Shown: positions 25,290-38,893, counted from the first letter of the whole stretch. The stretch: DNA of 63,895 bases, filler included, from Octopus bimaculoides (GCF_001194135.2; 9 parts of 9 records of this genome joined end to end with filler, not necessarily neighbours in it), one strand, 5' to 3'. A program made the numbers and translations. The notes: a model not told the origin generated them from the sequence alone.

Positions 25290-25981
25290 ATTTTTACTCA
25301 GACGAGGAAAACTTTGACCAGGACCAGGAGACTAAGAGGAGGAATGGCAGATTGTTATGTTCAGACCCATCTGAGGTTCCAGCAGTCATGCACACAAAAT
25401 TTCCTGCACTTGACAACATTGATGTTGTCAGTAGTGAAGGACATGTGATGTCGCGTCACTTCTTTCATTAAGGCCTTACAGTTAAATCTGAAAGTTACAT
25501 TGAGGTCTTGTAAGAAATGTCAAGTTCTGGATAGACAAAATTCGCAATGGAGCGTTGTACGTGTTTCGTCAGGGACTCTGAGCTATCACATAAAGCTTAA
25601 GCATCCAACGAATCGATGACTAACAATTTTCATGACCACATAACCTCTAATATTTGGCCTCCAACTCACCAGGTCACAATCCATTGGACTACTAAGTGTA
25701 AAGCATTGTTGAGAGAGGTCAATCAGCATCACCATTAAGCTGCCATCGTAAGAGTAACGCCCGATATGAACCAGGACCATTTGATTTTGGCATTTAGATA
25801 ATTCAGATCTTGCAAAGAAGCAGTTATTGATGCTGGCGGTGGCTATATTATATAAGATGATTATAAAGAAGATAATCTAGTTGATACGTCCAGATTTTTC
25901 AGTAATTAAGTAGTTTTCAGTGACTATATGTATGGTTTTCTCAAAAACAAATTTGTCTTCAAATACCCCACGCACCCTTTG
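25290..25981 (+). mobile_element. DD37D (maT-like) transposon 3' half with right end
   Basis: FYSDEENFDQDQ..RNGRLLCSDPSEVPAVMHTKFPA..VVSSEGHVM..HFF..YIEVL..NNFHDHITSNIWPP(N)SP..NPLDY..EAVIDAGGGYI; ends AAATACCCCACGCACCCT. Confidence 0.8.
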
Positions 25982-26589
25982 TGTTGGGCAGAGAGAGTAT
26001 TCCAGTGTGATGTCACTTTATTGACGGCGGTGTAAGCACCACTGTAGAAGTAGATTCGCAAGACGGGGGCGAAACCAGCGTCTTTAGAATATCCCCCAAT
26101 TATTGACAGTTGACCCTGACAAAGGCATTCAACTGTTCTACATTGATCAGAAAAATATCAGCCCCATATTTACTACATACGCTCTCAAAGTAGTACCATT
26201 TGAGGAGAAGGCTATGGTATATAACCAGGTTGTTATTGCGCACATCTATACTTTCGCAAACATAACATCGATGGCAGGCGTTAATATCTTCCCGAGCTTC
26301 TTCGCCGAATCTTAAACTTATTACAAGTATAATTATAGAATTCCAACCCCATTTTTCTTATCTCTCCAAAGCAGTGCAAACACTTAACACCGATGCTGTG
26401 GTTGTTGTCTCACTAATTGTTGTCACACTGTCGATGGTGGTGTGTATAAGCATAATTCTGTGTCGATTTTTTAAACTCCTTATCCAACTTGTTGGGTTGG
26501 GTGTTTTACTAGGATGACAATTTCATCCGTCTTTTTTTATATCCCCGACCCGACAAGGTAATCTTTTCGCTACTATTTAGAATTGATCA

Positions 26590-27147
26590 CGTCGCACCAG
26601 TTTTTTTATGCAGGTCTTCACCCTAAAAAAACTCTTGTTTTGTGTCTGGTGTGATTGGAAAAGAATTCTGTACTATGATCTCCAAAGTAAGCCGACAATT
26701 AATTCTGAGATATACTGCACACAACTGGATGAGTTACAAGCAGCAATTCAAGAGAAACGTCCAGAATTGGCCAAAAGGAAGGGTGTTGTTTTCCAACATG
26801 ATAATGCAAGACCGCACGATTCTTTAAGAACCAGACAAAAATTGCTGCAGCTCGGCTGGAATGTGTTACCCCACCCTCCATTTTCACCAGATATTGCTCC
26901 TTCGGATTTCGACTTATTTAGGTCTGTGCAGAATAGTCTTAATGTTGAAAATTTCAATTCCTTGGATGACGTAAAAAAATACCTTGATGAACTCTTTGCC
27001 ATGAAACCACCTCAATTCTGGGAAGATGGTATTTTCAAGTTAAACAAAATGGTTCATATTTTGTTGATTAAAGATGTAACGGCAAGTATTTATTCACATT
27101 TTTTCTTTCCTTTAAAATTCGGCAAGAACTTTCCGAACAACCCAATA
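26590..27147 (+). mobile_element. mariner (DD34D) transposon 3' half with right TIR and TA
   Basis: LHPKK..LCVWCDWK..TINSEIYCTQLDEL..GVVFQHDNARPH..LPHPPFSPDIAPSDFDLF; TIR GGCAAGAACTTTCCGAACAACCCAA-TA. Confidence 0.92.
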
Positions 27148-27769
27148 CATTTATGCAAATGGTAATGCATTTCTTAATTAAAAGATCAGTAATAGAATAT
27201 TTTAGATCTTGCTATCATTGTCACTCCTTGTCACCAAATATGTTTATATCTACAATTGGAAGACAACATAGAAGAAAAGAAACGAAATTAAAAGGCTGCA
27301 CAAATACACTTAATTACTTATTATTTAGCCAGTTGTGATAATGAAATATTGAATTTTTTTCTTCCTGTCAAATATTGAAATCAATTCATGATGGAATAAA
27401 TCTCTACGTTTAGATTCGATATTCATATTACTTGCTTCCAAATCTCTTTTATTAATTTGTGCTATCATTCAGGGTTATGTTGATATCAATGCTATAGATT
27501 ACAGACATTCCATATGTATTTTTTGCTGTAAGACTATTTTGAACGAATATTCTCTTCTGGATTGACATTTCTAAATCAGTTTATAGATAAAAGAGCAAAT
27601 CTAATAATCAGAAGTTGATTAAATAAAAAGTTTCGTCATATATTAAAGTCGTTCTGAAATATAAGACGGTATTTAACTTGTATTCATTTTCTTATTTGAT
27701 AAAAATATTATTATTTCAGTATATTGTGTGTGTGTGCATGTGTGGTGAGTGTCTGTGTGTGTATGCATG

Positions 27770-28690
27770 CAGGTTATTCGGGCTAAACTTGACTATTTTT
27801 TATGACTCCTTTTATCAGGAACAGCTTCATGAATTGGTGAACGTTCAACCGTGTTAGAAAGCATAAATATTAAAGTTGTAGTTTAGTAAATGTTGGCTTA
27901 GATGGAAGAATGGAATCCATCTGAATATTGGAGATGATTTCCTTGTGTCACGATGATTTACTCCGGGAGACAAAATGCCGACAACTTGACTACTGCACAA
28001 TGCAATGTGAACATTGTAAAGGCTGTAAAACGTAACATGAACTGCTGCAACGGAGGCTGTAAAGCCATGACCAGCAAGAAGGGTCACAGAAGGCGTGCTT
28101 ACTACATCTGTCCGCCTAGGTACCTCACCATATTTTCGAACAGGGCTTTCTGCTCATTTCAGATGGCTATATAGACAGATTGCTCATATTCACAGATGAA
28201 TGTCATCTCCGTGTGATTCCATGTGGTCAATGACACTTTTGACTTTCGTCCATGACCTATTAAATGACTTACGATTCCGTTGTAGATCAGCGCAATTTGA
28301 AGAATAAATTACAGGTGAGTACAGTAACTGACTGCGTGGTTCCTACACACACCCTTCCATTGTCATAGGACGATCAGTAGATGGAATGAAACTTGAGATC
28401 TTCATAAGGAGGTATCTAAACGTGACTGGATTATAAATATAAACGCTTGCACAACGAAAGTACCAATCTCTGAGTTTCTGCGAAGAATACCTACCGACAA
28501 GCCATAGCGAGATGAACCGTTATCACGTGAAACCGCTAGATTTACATTAGATTTTATCCCACCTAACACGTCTCTATGATAATTGTTATGGATCCCTTAC
28601 TCCCAGTAGTTTCACTACGCATACTGATACCACATAAGGTTATTTCTGCATCCATTCCCGCGCCATAACCATACAACCACAGGGAGATTA
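27770..28690 (+). mobile_element. Second, highly decayed DD37D (maT-like) element with left end and N-terminal HTH region
   Basis: Left end CAGGTTATTCGGCTAAACTTGAC; MEEWNPSEYWR*..MIYSGRQNADNLTTAQCNVNIVKAVKRNMNCCNGGCKAM, resembling DD37D N-termini as I recall them. Later traces: LRRIPTDKP and LYDNCYGSLTP. Confidence 0.5.
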
Positions 28691-28697
28691 AACTCCT

Positions 28698-28734
<37 letters not shown>

Positions 28735-28847
28735 TGCACGTACATGGATACATACTAATATACATACATACATGCATGTATACATACATACATCATATAT
28801 ATANNNNNNNNNNNNNNNNNNNNNNNNNNNNNNNNNNNNNNNNNNNN

Positions 28848-28859
28848 TTAATTAATTAA
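28848..28859. other. Artificial scaffold linker TTAATTAATTAA between N44 blocks (also at 31841, 36136, 39536, 41844, 56827, 60634, 62512)
   Basis: Eight identical 100-nt spacers, each N44 + a 12-mer with stops in all six frames + N44. Confidence 0.95.
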
Positions 28860-29147
28860 NNNNNNNNNNNNNNNNNNNNNNNNNNNNNNNNNNNNNNNNN
28901 NNNAGGGAGGATATATTTTTCTGAAGAATTGTACCTATGGATTTACATTTTGGATGCGAGTAGATTATCTGAAGAATTTAATTCCAAATTGAGTCGATAG
29001 ATATATTTCCAAGTTAATGAATAATGAACAATCAGGAAAAATTCTTAAGTTACTATGTAAGAACGTTCTTAAGTTAATTATTATTAAACAATTAAAACTA
29101 CAGAAAACGTCTTAAGCCAACATGTAAGAAACGAGGAATAATAATGA

Positions 29148-29163
29148 CAATAATAATAATAAC

Positions 29164-29221
<58 letters not shown>

Positions 29222-29243
29222 GTAATAACAACAGATAATAATA
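29148..29243 (+). repeat. (AAT)n microsatellite
   Basis: Directly visible. Confidence 0.95.
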
Positions 29244-29398
29244 AGAATGATGATATAAATATTTATAACAGATCAGGGAAGTTTCTTAATTCACCATGTA
29301 ATAAGTGAAAAAAAGAATCCAGTGAAATTTGAAATCAACGCCGAACGTTAAAAAGAACACAGAATGAAAAACACGTGACAAGAAGACATGCAGAACAT

Positions 29399-29815
29399 AT
29401 GATGAGGAAGATGATGATGATGCTGATGATGAAGAAGATGAAGATGATGATGATGATGATGAAGAAGACGGGGATGATGATGATAATGATGATGATGATG
29501 AAGATGATGAAGATGATGATGATGATGATGATGAAGATGAAGACGACGACGACGATGATGATGATGATGATGATGATGAAGAAGAAGACGGGGATGATGA
29601 TGATGATGAAGATGATGAAGATGATGATGAAAAAGAAGGTAAAGGAGAAGATGATGATGATGATGAGGATGATGATGATGATGACGACGACGACGACGAC
29701 GACGACGATGATGATGATGANNNNNNNNNNGATGAGGATGATGATGATGATGACGACGACGACGACGACGACGACGATGATGATGATGATGATGATGAAG
29801 AAGATGATGATGATT
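29399..29815 (+). repeat. Compound (GAT/GAC/GAA)n microsatellite
   Basis: Directly visible; source of the poly-D/M/S pseudo-ORFs. Confidence 0.95.
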
Positions 29816-29816
29816 T

Positions 29817-29943
29817 AGGCAAACGGTCAGAAATTTTTTTTTACTGAAGAAGGAGTCAGTTGATTAAATCAATACCAGTATATGACTGGTACCTAATTTA
29901 ATCGGCCCTCGAAAGGATGAAAAGTAAAATCGACCTCGGCGGG
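29817..29943 (-). mobile_element. SINE family B fragment
   Basis: GACTGGTACCTAATTTAATCGGCCCTCGAAAGGATGAAAAG..CGACCTCGGCGG. Confidence 0.7.
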
Positions 29944-30047
29944 ATAAGGTCCTTTACGTACTGAGTACAAATCCCGCCTACGTCAAAAATAACAGTGCGG
30001 ATTATGTAGAGATATAAAGATGTAAAAAGATAAGGAAAAATAAGAGA

Positions 30048-30450
30048 GGCGCAGGAGTGGCTGTGTGGTAAGTAGCTTGCTTACCAACTACATGGTTCCG
30101 GGTTCATTCCCACTGCTTGGCACCTTGGGCAAGTGTCTTCTACTGTAGCCTCGGGCCTTGTGAGTGGATTTGGTAGACGGAAACTGAAAGAAGCCTGTCG
30201 TATATATGTATATATATATACATGTATGTGTGTGTATATGTTTGTGTGTCTGTGTTTGTCCCCCAACATCGCTTGACAATCGATGGGGGTGTGTTTACGT
30301 CCCCGTAACTTAGCGGTTCGGCAAAAAGAGACCGATAGAATAAGTACTAGGCTTCCAAAGAATAAGTCCTGGGGTCGATTTGCTCGACTAAAGGCAGTGC
30401 TCCAGCATGGCCGCAGTCAAATGACTGAAACAAGTAAAAGAGTAAAAGAG
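30048..30450 (+). mobile_element. SINE family A, full-length reference copy (tRNA-like head, internal microsatellite, stem-loop plus AGTAAAAG tail)
   Basis: GGCGCAGGAGTGGCTGTGTGGTAAG (A box), GGTTCATTCCC (B box), CCTTGGGCAAGTGTCTT central block, CAGTCA-AA-TGACTG hairpin and tandem AGTAAAAG end. Resembles octopus tRNA-derived SINEs. Confidence 0.92.
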
Positions 30451-31448
30451 AGTAGAGGAGTAAGAGACATCAAAGAGAAAACGACAACACTTTGGATATA
30501 CGTGTTAATAAACAGATCGGGTGAAGTCGGAATGACTAGAGAACAACTAGTTATGTCGAGGTACAGACCAAGAATATAAGAACTTAAAGATTCGTAATTC
30601 TGGGAAAAATGGAGCATAGTTAAATAAGAAACAAGTAGAAAAATATTAGATTTCAGATGAAGACTTGTGCATATTAATGAGCATTTCGACAGATTATTTA
30701 CCGTGCATGCATGAAGAAAAACGTTCGAAATGTGTTCTTTTTTTTTTTTTTTTTTCCATGAGAGGAACCTAGTCAAAAGTGTATTGCCAGGTTTTCTGTG
30801 AGACATGGTTTCCTGTTAACTGGAGAACGATTTGGCCTTTTAAAAAAAATTTTCTAGTCAGAATACCTATCTGTTTGCCTTAGATAATCCTTCAAGCTTC
30901 TTGGATAGATGATAATAACTCAATCCATCTCTTTTATCTATCGTCCAAATTACCACCATTCGCTTCTTCGTTCGTTCGTTCCTTCATTTATATGCGTAGT
31001 CGCTGGCCAACTTGTGGACCACATCTACAATAGATCATGACCCTCTTCTATCTCTAATCGATCAGATATAAAGCCAGCACTTCACTCAAAGCTAACCACT
31101 TTGATAAATTCTGTTGTAAAGAAACGCGGCCAGAGTAAAGGAAAAGTCATTGTTATTTTTTTTTTTTTAAAAACAACGACCACTCTGCATTTGTGCATTG
31201 AGTACTTGGACTAAATTCTGTTTTGCTTCGTTTCAAAACGGAAGCAACAAAAACATTTATATATATACACACATGTATACGTAAATCTATACACATACAT
31301 ACGTTCGTCCATACACTCACACATATAATATGTATGTGGGGGGTGCACATGAGATTAATATACTGATACTAAATATGGAAGTATTTCACGCAGAAGCAAA
31401 CCAAAATTGTATAAACAGATTAAGAAGATTATATAATTATGGCTTCTA

Positions 31449-31453
31449 ATTAC

Positions 31454-31508
<55 letters not shown>

Positions 31509-31510
31509 CA

Positions 31511-31596
<86 letters not shown>

Positions 31597-31612
31597 GTTA
31601 TTATTATTATTA
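31449..31612 (+). repeat. (TTA)n microsatellite
   Basis: Directly visible. Confidence 0.97.
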
Positions 31613-31896
31613 TGGTGGTTTTGGACACAGTAATCTGTATTGAAGAAGAAAATACAATTTTTTTCCCCACTGTTGAGACTAGAGTACGAACACGCACACA
31701 TAAGATATACATATGTATATATTATGTATGTATATATAAGTATATACATACATAATATATATATATATATATATATACATACATACATACATACATNNNN
31801 NNNNNNNNNNNNNNNNNNNNNNNNNNNNNNNNNNNNNNNNTTAATTAATTAANNNNNNNNNNNNNNNNNNNNNNNNNNNNNNNNNNNNNNNNNNNN

Positions 31897-31931
<35 letters not shown>

Positions 31932-32292
31932 GTATACATTTTTATTGATGTTATTCTGATTTGCATCTGTATTATATACGTGTACGTGTGTGTGAATCTG
32001 TATACATCTGTGTGTGTGTGTGTATGTGTGTGTGTGTATGTGTGTCTCTGTAATGTAACTTTTTGTGTGTTCGCATGCGATGGCGCGAACCATGTTTTTC
32101 ACGCAAATTACATTATTATGGATTTCTAAAGTACAAATTAATCTCAGGAACGAAACCGCAGCTATGTTGTTATTTTAAGTTGACCAACATCACCGCCGGC
32201 GCCATCGATATGTCCAGGCAGCATCCATATATCCAGGCAGCGCCACCGATATATCCGCCACCCAGCATCCTCCTGTCCCGCTTCTCCTCTTC

Positions 32293-32295
32293 ATT

Positions 32296-32334
<39 letters not shown>

Positions 32335-32628
32335 GTCGTCGTCGTCGTCATCGTCGTCATCATCAGCAGCAGCATCACCATCACCATCATCGTCATCGTC
32401 AATAACATCATGTTCAATATCAGCATTAAGTTCACCATTAACATCATCTTGATCCGTATTAACGTCATCAGTAACATCATCATCATCATCATCATCATCA
32501 ACATCATCATCATCATAACCATCATCATCATCGTCGTCGTCGTCGTCGCCGTCGTCATCGTCGTCGTCGTTTTCATTGTCGGTGCCGTCGTGTCACTATC
32601 ATCATCATCATAATTAAAATCATCATCG
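32293..32628 (+). repeat. Compound (CAT/CGT)n microsatellite
   Basis: Directly visible. Confidence 0.95.
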
Positions 32629-34139
32629 TCATAAATATTTCCGAAGAACGCCACTGACATCACTCTGTTTTCTTTTTCTTTTTTTTTTCCATGAACAATC
32701 TCTATCGAATGAATTCCGTTAGTTTTGATTCATTGTGTTTTGTCGAATGGTGGCTGTGTAGGCTAACGCTATCAACGAATTGTCCAACATTTCCATGCAA
32801 TGGCTGGGGTGATTTCGCAGAATATGTCTCGTGCAATTAGTCTTGTAATACGAGATGCTTTTTCTATAGAGCATGATTATTGATAATCAGGACAGTAGAT
32901 CCCNNNNNNNNNNNNNNNNNNNNNNNNNNNNNNNNNNNNNNNNNNNNNNNNNNNNNNNNNNNNNNNNNNNNNNNNNNNNNNNNNNNNNNNNNNNNNNNNN
33001 NNNNNNNNNNNNNNNNNNNNNNNNNNNNNNNNNNNNNNNNNNNNNNNNNNNNNNNNNNNNNNNNNNNNNNNNNNNNNNNNNNNNNNNNNNNNNNNNNNNN
33101 NNNNNNNNNNNNNNNNNNNNNNNNNNNNNNNNNNNNNNNNNNNNNNNNNNNNNNNNNNNNNNNNNNNNNNNNNNNNNNNNNNNNNNNNNNNNNNNNNNNN
33201 NNNNNNNNNNNNNNNNNNNNNNNNNNNNNNNNNNNNNNNNNNNNNNNNNNNNNNNNNNNNNNNNNNNNNNNNNNNNNNNNNNNNNNNNNNNNNNNNNNNN
33301 NNNNNNNNNNNNNNNNNNNNNNNNNNNNNNNNNNNNNNNNNNNNNNNNNNNNNNNNNNNNNNNNNNNNNNNNNNNNNNNNNNNNNNNNNNNNNNNNNNNN
33401 NNNNNNNNNNNNNNNNNNNNNNNNNNNNNNNNNNNNNNNNNNNNNNNNNNNNNNNNNNNNNNNNNNNNNNNNNNNNNNNNNNNNNNNNNNNNNNNNNNNN
33501 NNNNNNNNNNNNNNNNNNNNNNNNNNNNNNNNNNNNNNNNNNNNNNNNNNNNNNNNNNNNNNNNNNNNNNNNNNNNNNNNNNNNNNNNNNNNNNNNNNNN
33601 NNNNNNNNNNTATATATCATATATGTAGAAAGATGTATATGTGCGTGGTCACATATTAACAGACATTAATACATACATGTATTTCTTGACACCAACCATC
33701 TTCCTTATACAACACCCATCGTCCTACACACTGTATTATTTTGGCCCTTTATTTAACTTGTCCTGCTGTTTAACATTCAGAAAATAAACAGCCACGTGCT
33801 TGAAGTAGCTTTGTCCCAGTGTTGACATGGAATCGCTTCTATGTTAATTTCCTAAAATATTTACGAATAAATATGGTAAATTGAAACTACAACGTCGAAC
33901 ACTACAAACAAACGTTAACATACACATTTCTTGCTTCTCCCCGCCAACACTATTATTCTATACGATAATATTTCGTTGTCGCTCTGTCCTTCATGCACAG
34001 CTCAAACCTCTACACGTGCACGTAAACGATCAGTGTGCATGCAAAATAACCTTGAATGACCCACGCTGTGCATATCGTGTTTGACCTGTCTCTGCTACTC
34101 CTAATGCTTTTACATCAAAACGTCTTTGTACTTATCAGT

Positions 34140-34356
34140 GTGTGTTTGTGTGTCTGTCTCTCTATCAGTGTGTCTCTGTCACGGTCTCTATCTGTCTCTC
34201 TGTCTGTCTGTCTCTCTCTGTCACTCTCTCTCTCTCTCTCTGTGTCTCTCTCTCTCTTTCTCTCTTTCTCTCTCTCTCTCTATCTCCCTCTCTCTCTCTC
34301 TCTTTCTCTCTCTCTCTATCTCCCTCTCTCTCTCTCTCTCCGTCTCTCTCTACCTA
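34140..34356 (+). repeat. (CT)n / CTGT low-complexity tract
   Basis: Directly visible. Confidence 0.95.
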
Positions 34357-34635
34357 TNNNNNNNNNNNNNNNNNNNNNNNNNNNNNNNNNNNNNNNNNNN
34401 NNNNNNNNNNNNNNNNNNNNNNNNNNNNNNNNNNNNNNNNNNNNNNNNNNNNNNNNNNNNNNNNNNNNNNNNNNNNNNNNNNNNNNNNNNNNNNNNNNNN
34501 NNNNNNNNNNNNNNNNNNNNNNNNNNNNNNNNNNNNNNNNNNNNNNNNNNNNNNNNNNNNNNNNNNNNNNNNNNNNNNNNNNNNNNNNNNNNNNNNNNNN
34601 NNNNNNNNNNNNNNNNNNNNNNNNNNNNNNATATA

Positions 34636-34677
<42 letters not shown>

Positions 34678-34831
34678 ACTGCGCGTACTTATATATAAAT
34701 ATATCTGCACGTTGCATATCTATGTATGAATACAGTGAGTGAGTGACTGAGAGATAGAGGGAGACGTTAACGACATTGATATCCAGGTAGCTTAGTCGGC
34801 TGATAGATAGATAGGTAGATAGATAGATAGC

Positions 34832-34896
<65 letters not shown>

Positions 34897-35401
34897 GCAA
34901 ACTTAAAGAGTAAATTAATGTACTGGTGTGAGTTAGAGATACCAACAAAGAGAGAAAGAGATCTAATGAGTTGATGATGGTAGGGCAATTTTGTGTGTGG
35001 ATGTGTAAGTGACGATGGTGGCTTCAGTTGTGTTTAGGGTCGGTTGAGAAGCTGGAACGATAAATTGAGTTGTCGTTTGAAACGCTTTAAATAAGAAGCA
35101 AATTTGTATTCGGCGTATTGGAGGACTGTCCTTACACTACACGGACAACACAACACTCGGCAGTTTGTATGACACAGGCTTAGGCCAAAGCTGAGAACTA
35201 AGGCCAGAGACTAAGAACAGGGAATGAAAATGAGGGCGAAGCTAGTGCATGGTGAAGGATAAATAAAAACAGAAAGAAAACCAAAAATTTCAATAACACG
35301 TCTTCAACGATGTTGAAGACAGCTTCCAATTAGAGTGACATCGTTTGACACACGTAACTCGCCACTCAAACAGCGCCAATGCTGTTAGGTTGAGGACATG
35401 A

Positions 35402-35437
<36 letters not shown>

Positions 35438-35865
35438 GAGAGAGAAAGACAGAGAGAAAGTAAGAGAGAGAGAGAGACGGACAGACAGACAGAGATAAAG
35501 TGAAGACAGACAGATAGGAAGAGGACATAGAGAAGAAGTGGGTGGAAGATACAGTGGAGAGAAATTTGATTTTAGTGGCAGTTTTTTTTCTCTTCTTGTT
35601 ATTTATGTTGTCATTTTATTTCTTTCTTAATTTATATTTGTGTATTTCTTTCTTAAATTATATTTATTGTCGTTATTGTTGCTGTATACCTTAAGAGGAA
35701 ATTTGATGTGGGTGACGGGTGGTGAGATTGAATGGCGTAGCTAAAAAGGAAGTGTGGAAGAAAGAGTTAAAGAAACAATACAGCAAGGAAGAATAAAAAC
35801 ACAAAAAAATCAAGAAAGTGTGAACTCGAACAAAGGAAACCGATAGATAAATAGAAAGACAGGTA

Positions 35866-36011
35866 TTGTTGTCTCACTCATTAGACTGCGGCCATGCTGG
35901 AGCATCGCCTCATTCTGTGCTAGCCTACTATTTGTTCTACGGTCTCTTTTGCCGAACGGCTAAAATTCGGGGACGTAAGCAAACCAACATCGGTTTTCAG
36001 GCGATGGTGGC
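35866..36011 (-). mobile_element. SINE family A, 3' half
   Basis: GACTGCGGCCATGCTGGAGC..TCTTTTGCCGAACGGCTAA..GGGGACGTAAGCAAACCAACATCGG. Confidence 0.8.
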
Positions 36012-36049
36012 CATAGATATCTATCTATATCTATGTGTATATGAATATA

Positions 36050-36091
<42 letters not shown>

Positions 36092-36191
36092 NNNNNNNNN
36101 NNNNNNNNNNNNNNNNNNNNNNNNNNNNNNNNNNNTTAATTAATTAANNNNNNNNNNNNNNNNNNNNNNNNNNNNNNNNNNNNNNNNNNNN

Positions 36192-36230
<39 letters not shown>

Positions 36231-36468
36231 ATTATAAGGGATTAAAGATACAGGTGAATACTTCATATGCTCTCTCTAGAGTAAATAGGCTTGGCTAACT
36301 AAATTGATTTGTAATATATATATATAGCCAACAAGGTAATCTGTACTGTAACAAAGCGTCACCAGTACAATTCGTAACTCCAAAGAGCGGACACTAATTA
36401 AAATCAATATGGTCCTACATAGTATTACAATATATATATACATATTACGTTATATCATGAGAGAAGCA

Positions 36469-36559
36469 CTTATATTGGCTTTTGGTATAAAATGCACTCT
36501 TATTTATATCGCATGCAATATAAACAAAAGTGCATTTTTTACCCAAAAGCCAATATAGG
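36469..36559. repeat. 91-nt foldback hairpin
   Basis: The 41/42-nt arms match at 37/41 with one bulge, around the 8-nt loop CGCATGCA. Confidence 0.85.
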
Positions 36560-36874
36560 AGATTGTTCTTACAGAACATCCAAGTTTATGTGGGCGTTAA
36601 TATGATCTCTTGTTATTAATACTGCCTCTGCCGCTAATATATATATATTATAGATATTTATCTAGGTGGTGATTGCTCTATTTTCATGGATGATTACCGT
36701 CTCCTTTTTCTTCCTCATCGTCAACGACATTACTGAATTTCCGTCTACGTCCTTTCATATGACTATTCATTCCCCGTTGCAGATCTGAACTATTTGAAGT
36801 ATAGGTGACAAACAAAAATCTTAACTTACTGTGTGCGTCCTACTAGTTAGGTGAGCAATATATAACGATATGTA

Positions 36875-37256
36875 CACATAAACGAGCCCGCAAAAGAAGC
36901 GTGTTTTTTTTTCCCCAATGTAATTTTTATATGGTAAATTCTGAACATGTATTTCGGGGATGTAAGTGTAAATATTCCATGCATGAACTTTTCAACTTTC
37001 TCTGAAACGAGACCTCAAAATGCAGCTGCGTTGAATGCCGTGGGAGGCAGCCGCAAACAATTGTCATGAAAACCGAAATGCGCATTCGTAATTTGGACCT
37101 TCAGATATGACCCAATTCTCAGTAGCGCAAAGAGAACAAGTAATCGGCCGATTGCAAGTAGGGCAGCGTGCCCTGCTTTTTGCGAAAGCTTACGATGTCC
37201 ATATCAGCACCATCTACCGTCTTCAACAGCGATACAACACCAACGGCACTGCAGAT
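36875..37256 (+). mobile_element. Tc1 transposon 5' fragment (left TIR and paired-like HTH)
   Basis: TA-CACATAAACGAGCCCGCAAAAGAAGCG; the ATG at 37107 gives MTQFSVAQREQVIGRLQVGQRALLFAKAYDVHISTIYRLQQRYNTNGTAD. Confidence 0.75.
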
Positions 37257-37949
37257 ATTGATGTATATATATATATATAGACATATATATGTCTTTCTCT
37301 CTCTCTCTCTCTCTCACTCTATCTATGCACCACTTTTAACACTCTATATATACGTATGTATATGTACGTTTATGTATTGTATTTTTATAACTGGCAGCAT
37401 GTCCACCCACAAATGCACAACGTTTGTGGGTACACGCACGTGTGTCTATAGAAGGGGCGGCAGTGTTAATTACAAAAAAATCACATTTTAGATATAGAAG
37501 CTATCGAGGTGTTTTAATTCATTATTAGTACTTGGTAGTATAAAGACATCGATAACTCCATCGCTTTGTTTAATTATTAAAGTGAATTAGTTACCTTAGT
37601 TTCTGTTTTTACTTTTATCGTTATAGATTATCCATATCTTAATTGGTAATATTCTACTCTTTATTTGATCTTTGGTTTTATTTCATCACCGGAAAACATT
37701 ACAAAGAGAATCTGACAAATGCATAGCAACACTTTATAATAACTGCATGTGAATATGTACGATAGGAAATAACGTGGAAAGAAAGAGTAGTTAGATGAAT
37801 AACAAACCATTACAATCTCTATTACTTAGACTTATGTCTGTCATGAGCATCAGGTTTCAAGATGCTGGATCTTAAACGGGTCTATGGCGTATGGTTATAA
37901 CACTCCCCTTCAAAATGGGACGCAGATCCGTGGCAGGTTTAAGTGTCCA

Positions 37950-38103
37950 GTTGTTACTGGAAAACCGTTTACAGTTAAATGAACTTGAGCAACGTGAAAT
38001 GAAATGCTTTGCGCAAGAAAATAACGACAACTCTCCACCTGGGAACCGAAACCATGATTTTAGGTTCGTCAGTCCAACGGCATGACCACTAAGCCACGAA
38101 CGT
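37950..38103 (-). mobile_element. SINE family C, head and central block
   Basis: GAGCAACGTGAAATGAAATGCTTTGCGCAAG..GGGAACCGAAACC..GACCACTAAGCCACG. Confidence 0.7.
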
Positions 38104-38537
38104 TCAGAGTTCAGAATGCTTTGAAAAATATAAAAACTGAACGCTTGCCTCTTATCAAAGAAAACAATGTATCAAATGTTATAGAGTCAGTTAAGGTATC
38201 TTGTGGGAGGTATTGTTGATAAGCCACTTACAGCTAGTAATATAGTACAAATTCAAATAACGATGTCTGTAAAGAAGCAGAATCGAAATATTTGATATTC
38301 CATATGATGTCATAAGGCTCTGTGGCTTAAATTAGATGTTTTATTCTCACACATTGTGCCTGTTCACATGTTATTTATGTAATTCTTATTCTCTGTGTGT
38401 ATGTGAGTGTCCGTGTATGTATGACGTGTATGTGTATGCCTTTCTCTTCTCATATACAAATATATGTGTGTGTTTGCGTGTATGCGTGTGTGTATCTGCG
38501 TTCATAATGATATATAAATGTGTATCTATCTATCTAA

Positions 38538-38600
<63 letters not shown>

Positions 38601-38624
38601 ACTATCTATTTATCTATCTATATC

Positions 38625-38655
<31 letters not shown>

Positions 38656-38756
38656 ATAAAATCACATACGTGCACAGATATAGATATTATTTTTATTATT
38701 TGTATACACGCATACATAAAGGCACGCACAGTCATATATGTGTGTGTGTATGTATA

Positions 38757-38893
<137 letters not shown>

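Noticed and set aside
30048-30115. tRNA gene (also similar heads at 57331 and 50880-50944)
   Set aside because: The A/B boxes continue into SINE bodies, and I found no complete cloverleaf.
35300-35320. Perfect 9-bp hairpin GTCTTCAAC-GAT-GTTGAAGAC
   Set aside because: Too short to distinguish from chance in 64 kb.
19640-37256. Tc1 3' half (19640-20175) and 5' half (36875-37256) as one split element
   Set aside because: They are in the wrong order, 17 kb apart and separated by linkers; independent fragments of a common family are simpler.
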